Shown: piece by piece, positions 53,643 through 64,000 of the stretch
Numbering within the stretch: the stretch's first letter is position 1
Layout: each line of letters starts with the position of its first letter
Source: Eledone cirrhosa
Lineage: Eukaryota
Length of the DNA stretch: 64,000 bases
Assembly: GCA_964016885.1 (NCBI GenBank)
Contig: OZ024751.1
Coordinates: 52,080,001-52,144,000 of the forward strand
Reading direction: 5' to 3'
Notes under the pieces: model-generated
The model's input: only the letters and a program-made list of their open reading frames with translations
Told to the model about the DNA's origin: nothing
Databases searched by the model: none
Position numbers and translations under genes: made by a program

Positions 53643-53679
<37 letters not shown>

Positions 53680-54497
53680 AGAGAGAGAGAGAGAGAGAGA
53701 AAGAGCGATATAGAAAGGGTTGGATACATATATAGAGAGAGAAAGAGATAGATAGAGAAAGACTGAGAAATAAAGCGAGAATATCTAGTACTACTAATAC
53801 CACCACCACATTATTATCAGCAGCAGCAACCGTTGTATCAGTAGTAAATATGTATGAGCAGTAGCAGCTGCTTTTTAGCAGCAGTGAAATAATTATTGGT
53901 TTGTACCGGCACCAAATAGGACTACTACTACTATCACCACCACCAACACACAGCAGCACCATTATAATAATCTCTACGACCACCACAACCATAGGCAGCT
54001 CTGGTCTGATGCCACCAGCACAGTCATTCTGCCCAAAACCTCACGGATTTTCACCCTGCCCTCACCCACCCCTAGTCAAAGACCACAGTTGGTGTTATAT
54101 ATAAATACATTGTTTCAATAAAATCCCTCAAAGTATAAACATTCATCACATCCAACCAACTAACTAAACCAAGCAAGTACCACCAACTACCAATAAGTTA
54201 GTTACCATTTCTTTCGATCTAAGCCCATCAAAGAACCACTCTCTCTCTCACTCTCATGTTTTAATTTCACAATATGGACTTCGTTTCGAATGTCAACAAC
54301 CTTTCATAAACGGTAAGTCAACATTACCATTATTTCCTACACTATACATATATATACACACATACATATATATATATATAATGTATGTATTATTATTGTT
54401 TCTGTTCCGTTTTAAAAAAAATCCAAACTAGGAAGATTACAATTTAAGACACTCAAGACATGCAGAGAAAATGTATTTATGAACAAATGTATATATT

Positions 54498-54649
54498 TAT
54501 ATAAACGGGCTTGGCAGTTATAATATACAAAATATAATTGACATGTAAATAAATAAAAATAAAGGATGTATATATATATATTCTTTATTTTTATTTATGT
54601 ACATGTCAATTATATTTTGTATATTATAACTGCCAAGCCCGTTTATATA
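54498..54649. repeat. Palindrome centred on (TA)n, ~75-bp arms
   Basis: ATAAACGGGCTTGGCAGTTATAATATACAAAATATAATTGACATG and its reverse complement flank a central TA run. Confidence 0.93.
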
Positions 54650-56291
54650 TATATATATATATATATACGTCCATTGCAATGAATTATAGTTTGGTTGTCT
54701 TTCGACCCATAAAACGGTCGAATTATAAAATTGGAGGGATATTTATAGACCACAACACCACCATCATCATCAGGCAGTTTCTACGTGGTCAGTCGACTGA
54801 CTAAACATAGCAACCAAATCCCAGTCAAATTACATCCGATCAAAGAACCCATTAGATAATGTAATTGTACATACCACTAACAAGACGGGATGGTCATGAC
54901 CAGAATGTTTTTGGTCATTTGTCTGCTTAGGCAAGGTTGACCTGGGGCAAAACAACCACCACCACTACTAGATCACTAGTGTCATTATTTTGCTTCTTGC
55001 TGTAATTTGAAAATTATAATTTCGCTAACGTAGACACTCCGCTATATATACACACATACATATAGTGTGTGTGTGTTTGTGTGTAAATGTAATGGTAACG
55101 ATAACAGTGTTTCTTTAGACATAAGAACTCAGATTTAAAGGGGAGGTGACGAAATGAAGCTATGGCATTTATGCCTTTCTCAAGAATATTAATGATGTGA
55201 GACTAAAATAGTAGTTCATGACTAATTATAGTAAAGCTGATTGATGTTGATGAAGATGCCGAGTTTAAAAATAAAGCCATAACAATTTTAAGCGATATGT
55301 GTTTATATAACATGAAGTTGTGGTGTTCATTATGATAATAACGATCTTGTTCTAATTTACTGAGTCTAGAAATAACAGTAAAATCTCTTCCATATCGTCT
55401 CTTGCTATCTTAAAATATGTTCTTGGTATATTATGTCTGTATAAAAGACGGAATGGTCATGGGTCTGCTCAATCTTGGTTTACCTGGGGCTAAACAACAA
55501 CAATAAAAGATTAACGGAAGTTTTAATTTAATTATAGAAGCTTATTGAAATTAGTTGAAAATATAAAGTTGTATATATTCCATTAATTATGATGATTAGA
55601 ATAATAATAATAATATATATTTAAAATGATCTCTAACGTAACAATGATTATGATTCTATACAAATAACATACACTAACAACAATTATGATATGTTGATCA
55701 TATTCCGTTTGATATCATTCTAAGATCGGTAAATTAGAAAGTTTGGACAATTGTCTCCTTTACGTAAAATGTTTGAATGTAAAAATGTCCTATCTTTGAA
55801 CAAGTTTTGAGTCGATTGTCTTTAATAGAATGGTGTAATTGTTTAGTTTTTAATGAAAGAAGCATTGTTTAACGGTCGTTTTTTGGCACTCACTGCTGCC
55901 ACAACCGCCTGTAATTCTTCTTGTTGTGGTTGTTGAGGTTCGTCTTCTTTTCAGCCAATCCCTATATATGGTAATAATAATGATTTCGTTAAGGAGGGAT
56001 AGAAGAGAATTAGTACACCTATAGATACATACCTACTAAAATATGCTTACACACTTTTTTCAAAGGCACTTTACATATTTTACGCACGTAAAAGCAAAAC
56101 AAAACTAAAACCCCCAAATATAAGAACGATTTCGAAGGTGTGTATGCATGTATTTGTGTGTGTGCGTGTTTGTAGAGCGAATCGTCAAACCCTTATACAT
56201 GTATTTGAGTACTTTCATGCATTTGTATAACGGTAATTATAATATTATTATAGTTTAGATGTACACACACACAGCATGTGTGTGTGTATAA

Positions 56292-56341
<50 letters not shown>

Positions 56342-57333
56342 GTGTGTGTGCACATTTAAATAAATACATTTAAATAAACATATGATGATATTCATATGTA
56401 TACAGCACACGCACACATGCAAGTTATTTCTGCAGTGTGAACGATTTCGACCTGAACAGGCACGTAGACACGAATAATTGTTTCTACATTTGGCACAAGG
56501 CCAGTAATTACCCAGTGCATTACTGGTACTTTATTTTATCGACCCCGTAAGGATGAAAGGCAAAGTTAACGTCGGCGGGATTTGAACTCAGAATGGAAAG
56601 GACCATAACTCTATGCGTCAAAGCATGATGTCTGACCCTCTACCGATGACACGAATAATGCTCGCATTGTACAACCATGTTTGAGCCTTCCCTACACCGC
56701 ACTATAATCTCTTTTGACATACGTGGCCCAATAACTCTATTTCGTGTTATTGAGCCCCAGCTTAGCCGAGGTCAAGCAGAATTATGATCAAAGATGTCCC
56801 AGACATGACCATTGTGTCTGTTTTTATTTCAGCGACTACATTATTTAATGTCTTCCATTCAAGATAGTAGTGTGTGATGAGTGAGATTTGGCTGATATTT
56901 CTAACATGTCGAACAACCACGTAGAGATTCCCTCGTCGGTTCTGATCAAGTAGACCTATATGTTCAAAAGCATCCTGTAATTGTTGAATATGTGTCCTTC
57001 TCCCTTTAAATACTGTTGAAGATTTGGCTGCTATTTCTAGCATATCTAACGCTGTTGGCTCGTCTATTTCATGCCTGCTTATTTAGTGCGCCTGTCAGGT
57101 GTGTATGTATATATTGTATATCCCTTCAATTGCCTCCCCGATCGCTGTTATATATAATATATATGTGTCAGTCATTGTCTCCAATATATTTCTCTTGTGT
57201 ATATTATACGCCTGTAACATTCACCTGAGCATGTAGTCAACGTTAGGTGACTTCGATACAGTACACAACACAATAACCATATATAATGATGAAATCTAAC
57301 ACACACACACACACACACACAGACACAGACACA

Positions 57334-57408
<75 letters not shown>

Positions 57409-58601
57409 TTACGTAAGCCTTTAACCACAGTTGCAAGGGGGTTCGCCGTTCTAAGCATACAATGATTCGTCTCGTGTTGGGTTGTGTTTACAGAGTTAAG
57501 GCGGGTGTGTAGTGTGCAGCGTAAATCTTGTTTACACACACGCACATACACATATATATGAAGGCACATGGCTTAGTGGTTAAAGGGTTGGATTCACAAT
57601 CGTGAGATTGAGTTCGATTCCCGTTGCGTTGTGTCCTTGAGCAAGACACTTTATTTCACGTTGCTCCGGTTCTCTCAATTGTAAAAATAAGTTGCTACAT
57701 CATTGGTGCCAAGGCAACATAGGTGGCATGGAGAGAGGAGACTGGAATGTATGAGTGACTGCTGATCTTCCACGAAAACATCTTGCCTGGGATTGTACCC
57801 CGGAGGGGTACTTTCTAGGTGCAAAACCCATTGTTATTCGTGACTGAAGGGGGTGTTGATATATATATATATATATATAAAAAAAATATATATATATATA
57901 TATATTAGAATATGTGTTGGAAATACCATAGTATTTAAAACATTCAAACATTAACTGTGCTCAACATTAGTGGGTAGCGTGTAGACATGTATTTCAAAGT
58001 TTCAGTTTTGTCACGAAATCCGACTGCATAAAATGCGCGTATACCTGTAGTTTATTGTCACAAAAAAACAAAAAAACGTAGTTTTACTTTTTAACCTCGC
58101 CCATTTAAAACTACAATAGATTATATACAAACACACGCACACACACAAGCATATATATTCACCATTGACTACAGGGTGATATTAACATTGTAAAGATTGG
58201 GTTCGATTACATTTATTCCTCTTTTCTGCGGCATACCAATGAGTCTACAAAATGACTACCAGCAAACTATTGGATCGATTTATCTGTGTGTGTGTTGTCT
58301 CGGTGTATATGTGCTTGTGTTTATGTATGTGTATGCCTGTGTACGTGTGTGTATTTTAAAACAGCTGATGATACGCTGTGGCTACTCAGAGTTTTCTTGT
58401 TGCTCTATATGTATATAATTATATCTAGCTAACAAGGAATGTAAACTATCAGAGAACTTAATCCAGCCTTTATTCATCCAGGCGCGTTGATGTACTCCCT
58501 ATGTTGATATCGAGGAGGCTGGGCATCCCAAACAACTTGACAAAGCAAGAAGGATGTTTACCTAGCTAGTTACTTGAAATCTACAATGATTATTTATTAT
58601 T

Positions 58602-59296
58602 ATTGGCAGTATCGGTGGAGGGTCGGACGCCATGCTTTCCAGCATAGTTACGTCCCTTTACGATCTGAGTTCAAATCCCGCCGAGGTTGACTTTGCCTTT
58701 CATCCTTACGGGGTCGATAAAATAAAGTACCAGTAATGCACTGGGTAATTGCTGGCCTTGTGCCTAAAGTAGAAACAATTATTTAACCTCAGTAATGCAC
58801 TGGGTAATTACTGGCCTTGTGCCTAAAGTAGAAACAAACCTCATACTAGCCATCAATTGTTCAAATCTGTGATTTATGCCCGATATAATTTCGAAATAGT
58901 AATATAATAATAATTGTTTCTACTTTAGGCACAAGGCCAGCAATTACCCAGTGCATTACTGGTACTTTATTTTATCGACCCCGTAAGGATGAAAGGCAAA
59001 GTCAACCTCGGCGGGATTTGAACTCAGATCATAAAGGGACGTAACTATGCTGGAAAGCATGGCGTCCGACCCTCTACCGATACTGCCAATCCACCGCCCT
59101 TATAATAATAATAATTGTTTCTACTTTAGGCACAAGGCCAGCAATTACCCAGTGCATTACTGGTACTTTATTTTATCGACCCCGTAAGGATGAAAGGCAA
59201 AGTCAACCTCGGCGGGATTTGAACTCAGATCGCAAAGGGACGTAACTATGCTGGAAAACATGGCGTCCGACCCTCTACCGATACTGCCAATCCACT
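58602..59296. mobile_element. Cluster of three near-identical tRNA-derived SINEs, family A (~190 bp): + 58602-58783, - 58911-59099, - 59112-59296
   Basis: A-box-like TGGCAGTATCGG, B-box GAGTTCAAATCC, core GACTTTGCCTTTCATCCTTACGGGGTCGATAAAATAAAGTACCAG, (ATT)n tail. Confidence 0.9.
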
Positions 59297-60447
59297 AATA
59301 ATAATGATAAAAATAATTGTTTCTACTTTTGGCACAAGGCCAGCAATTATGCCAGTGCATTACTGGTACTTTAATGATAAAAATAATAATCTTTATTAAG
59401 AAAACATGTTTGCAGTGGAAAAGAAATTGAATCCTAATTATAAAAAAAAAAATTATTCTGTTTGTTTTTTTTTCTTCTGTCTCTCCCTCCCCCACTTCTC
59501 TCTCTCTCTGCAAGTGTATGACGAATGCATGTAATCCTAAATACGCATGTGCGTGGTGATCAAATAGGGGGATCAATATTTAATAGTAAATTAATAACGA
59601 ACTGATCCCCCATTTTGTGCATACGTTTGTGACAGTTATATTCCCAACAAACACATTTGTCTACTTATTTATTTATTGGCGGTCACTTCAGATATCTTTA
59701 ATTACAGAAAATAATGAGTCTGTAATTAAAAATATGACTTTACTAAACAAAGGTTAATTGTTATATACAAACAGAATAGTGAAGATCGCTATATTACAAA
59801 TTAAAAATAATACATATTCAATGTATATTAATTAACATTTCTTTTTCTTCGCCACAAAAAAACCGTGTACTTTTTTGTTTAGAAATGGGTTGTAAATATA
59901 GTAAGTAGTATATATATCAGACTGATCTTGGAGATATTGTATATTAAAATAAATCTCGCAGCAATTATAAACTCGCCCATACTGGAGTCCTACTTAAAAC
60001 CATGCAAGTTGCCCTGTCTATACAATGTCATTATAAAATCCATGTCTAGTAAAATAGATTTGAATTTAAAATTGAACACTGTAGATGGATCTAGAGGCAC
60101 ACATTCTATAAGCTAAGAACATATTCCATCATTTTGTCCCCAACCATCCTCCTATATTTTATGTTTCGACTGCTTTCTCACTATATGTTAGCTAAATAAA
60201 TAAAAAAAAATAATTCTGTATTGACATTTCACCATTAAGTCAGTTGACCAGTTCTAACGTTATCACCGAATCATTCCAAGAGTTCTTTCTCTACTGGCTC
60301 CTACTCGGTTCCTTATAAATGGATTTCTGTTCATTTAAGGGGTTGGCACCAAACTACACACACAGATTCACACCATGTGATTAAATCATTATTCGCACCC
60401 CCCCCCCCCCCCTCCGCATTCTCAATTGAAACGATTTCATTGCTCTT

Positions 60448-60519
<72 letters not shown>

Positions 60520-62734
60520 TTGTTATTTATTTCGTTAATAATTCGTTTTAATTTAAACTGTTGACAGGTGGGCAGTCAACCCATGAAAGTGGTTGTTACC
60601 TGACGAGACACCACACAGGACTTGGCTGTCTCCCTACGACTCTTACAGAGATCGCTACCTTAGTCGATTTATTGCTGTTTACGACTACTTTAGAACGATC
60701 TACAGCGACGTATATATATATATGTCTGTGTATGTTTATGTTTCAAGAATGTCTTCTTCATCCTTTATACCTCCCTATAGGGAGACCAACCAATAGAGTG
60801 TAATGAAATATAATTAACTCCTTCCTCCCCACCTAGCACCTGTAATATCTTATCTGTGTTTAAGTTGAGGAATTGATTGAAAAACAAGAAGCAGACTGTC
60901 TTCTACAATAATATCAATATTCCGTTAAGACAGCATATTTTAACTACTTGATAGTCGGATTAGTTAAAAAAAATGTATATACCATCCTTACTCTAAATCT
61001 TATGTTTGAGGCTCTGTCATACCTTATTTCTTTATAAATTTGAAGTTTCATTCATTAATTCATGCGTCAGAAATTATAAATACATATTTGGCAACATGGT
61101 TTACCGAACAGCCTGAATGTTTCGTCCTCTGTGCTAGCAGACAACCTTCTCTATGAGACTTATAATACATAGTTACTAATAATGAATAGTAGTATTTATT
61201 TGCGAACATGCTGTTAATGTTTTATGTAAAAATTTTTACTCATATACTATCAGTTTATGATTTCTATATATTTTCGTTATTGAATGATTCGTGTTTTACA
61301 GTAGCTTCTCGAACGAGAATTGTGTGAGCGAGAATTTCCTATTCCCCATAGAAAATATACGTTTTTAATATATCTTCCACTGTAGTAACATGCTTTCAAT
61401 TAATTTCTTTTGTTCACTCCGTTCCATCAATTGTTATAGCAAGGTCAATTTATTCCCCCCTTCATCTGAGCATCTAATATTTATATATTCTATCACAACT
61501 ACCATATTATTAACTGACTGGGGGATTAAATCACCGCGACCTATCGTTTCGATTTCAAAAAACATTTAAAAAGAAATCGTCTTTCCTTTATTTTTCTGAA
61601 CTCTGTCATACTGTCACCAACTGTAACTCCTAATTACACAGATTATTTCGTAAGAATGACAGTCCTGTGGAATCTCTAATCTGTTTTATTAGCCTAGGAA
61701 TGTATAAAAGGTTAGGTGGTGGCGGTAGTCGTAATTCTGTGTATAGGTATGTTTTGTCTGTATGTGTTACAAAATCCTAAAAGTCCCCAATACAACCTTA
61801 TGTTAATCTGATATAAACAGGAATAAATGTACAGGATGAAAATATATTACGATAGTGACTTAAATCAGATAAATTGGAATGGGCGGGGGGTCGTTTATAA
61901 AGTATTAACAGCGACGACAACAACGGTGGCACACTTTTTATATTCTTTTTCTGAGGAAATACTAGTTGCTGCGACAGATGAATCTTATTGGAACGGCAGT
62001 TGGTTGGTGTCAGACCGGCTTGGTAATATTTAGATATGACATCACTTCCTTACACACACCTTGCCTCTCTATCAATTAACATGCCACCTTCTTGGATCGT
62101 ATAAAACACTCCTCTTTCTTATATAATTCCTGTCGTATTTTACACATTGTGTGAGAGCAGACTTCGTTTTTTGTCTTGTTAACATGCTAAAACGACACCC
62201 ATTTCAAAAATAGCTATCTATATTAGTTAATTATTTTTCGACTCGTGACTAACAAGCTGTTGTCGCTGGCTTCACGTACTACTTTCTTATTCCTTGTAAA
62301 TGCTGCCTTTTAATAGTTGATAGCATTAATTCACGTTCGAACACAAACGTTGCCATAAAAAAAAAAGTCGGTGACAGCTAATTAGCAAAGCCATTAGATG
62401 AGATTATGGCATATTTTTGCTTGGAACTTAACTGTAGAAAGTGTCCCGGTTGGCGGAAACAGTTGAGAACTTACAATTACTTACTGATAATTAATGATTC
62501 TAATCACTATTTTACATTCTTGTCATCTCATTAAATTGAACTTATTATAGGCCGAGATAATGTCCCGTTTTAGAGTGCAAACACTGTTTAAATAATAAAA
62601 TAAACTTACTCACATCAAATAAAATCTATAATCCTCTACATTTATTTATTGTATTTCAAAGTAAAAAAAATAATTTATTATTCCGACTGGTTTAATTCAT
62701 ATCAATTTGAAATGCATACATATATAATCAATGA

Positions 62735-63092
62735 AGCATACACTTACAATCTACATATATACTATCTACATACACTTACTGTCAACACACACACACATTA
62801 TCTACATACACTTACTGTTAACATACATTTACAACCTACACTACAATCTAGATACACATACAGTCAACACACACAGTCAACGCACTTACAATCAACACAT
62901 ACAATCTACATACACATACTAGCTACATGCATACACTTACAATCAACATACACTTACAGTCGAGAGGCACTTACAGACGAGACGCACTTACAGACGAGAC
63001 GCACTTACAGACGAGACGCACTTACAATCAACAGACGCACTTACAATCAACACACACACTTACAATCAACACACACACTTACAATCAACACA
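62735..63092 (+). repeat. Decayed 16-20-bp tandem repeats
   Basis: CACTTACAATCAACA and CACTTACAGACGAGACG units. Confidence 0.85.
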
Positions 63093-63514
63093 AATAACAA
63101 TAAAAATAAGTCTGAAAGAAAGAGAAAAATATATGCAAACATCGTCAGTTACACGCTAGAAGAGGGAATGTTGGTGTTGCCTTCTAAATATTTTTGAGGC
63201 ACGTCAAACTACTCACAGCATTACTGTGATAACATAGCTGAGATGAAGGAACAACAAAGCACCCTCATGAACATCAATTAGGTTTTCTTTTCAAGATCGC
63301 TAGACGCGCGCGTGTGTGTAAGGAAATGCTGAAACTCGAAACCATGTTGATGTTGTTTCAGGTATTAATTACTGTAGTTCTAAGTTTGTGTGTGGTGTTG
63401 CACTGCAGGAAGTTACTTTATTTACGTAGAAAGGTAACTCAACAGCAGATTTCACATATCTTCACACATCTTCCAGAGTGGGATGGACAAAAAACCTATG
63501 TAGAGATGATGTAA

Positions 63515-63693
63515 AAGTAAAAATGTAGGCTCTCAAAGCTGGTAATAGGCCCAGGCCAGATGTAAAAAATGTAGGCTCCCAAAGCTGGTAATAGGCTCAG
63601 GCCAGATGTAAAAATGTAGGCTCCCAAAGCTGGTAATAGGCTCAGGCCAGATGTAAAAATATTGGCTCCCAAAGGCCAGATGTAAAAATGTAG
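63515..63693 (+). repeat. Minisatellite, ~45-bp unit, ~4 copies
   Basis: AGGCCAGATGTAAAAATGTAGGCTCCCAAAGCTGGTAATAGGCTC. Confidence 0.92.
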
Positions 63694-64000
63694 ACACCAT
63701 TTCAAACTGCTCATTAACTATTTAAGCAATCAGTGCTAAATAGCTAATTCTATATAATTTAGTGTTAGTTGCAGGTATGTACATGTAGTGTAGATGATGT
63801 ATTTACAAGGAAAAGAACCAGGATATGAAATAAGTAAAGCTCCTCAAAATCATAGACTTCTTTATGCCAGCAGGTGTAGCTGGAGGATCAAGGTAAGACT
63901 AATAATGAATACAAGGAATAAAATTGGACAAGGAATCAATGTATGACAATAATTCTACACCTCTATATGTTGACAATGAACTCCGCACGCACGCACGCAC

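Noticed and set aside
60600-60640. CTGACGA plus hairpin as a hammerhead
   Set aside because: No GAAA after the stem, so the core is incomplete.

Overview
AT-rich, microsatellite-dense animal genomic DNA, most likely from an octopus or other coleoid cephalopod. That assignment is inferred from the SINE families and (TA)n density, not from a database search. The one confidently identifiable gene is MOB3 (MOB kinase activator 3, + strand): six GT-AG coding exons at 30538-35765 splice in frame to 204 aa, and the short first coding exon could not be located. The rest is mostly repeats: two tRNA-derived SINE families, RTE and CR1 LINE fragments, a Penelope-like (GIY-YIG) retroelement remnant, a piggyBac remnant nested in a hAT/Buster remnant, several MITE families and minisatellites. 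Nearly all ORFs in the supplied track are artefacts of simple repeats. Most notable: (1) four intact-core minimal type I hammerhead ribozymes of two sequence families around the Penelope remnant, with compensatory base changes between copies; (2) a ~540-bp near-perfect palindrome carrying one ribozyme on each strand, plus four further (TA)n-anchored fold-backs; (3) a speculative microexon-built small-peptide gene in the CpG-richer right end of the window.
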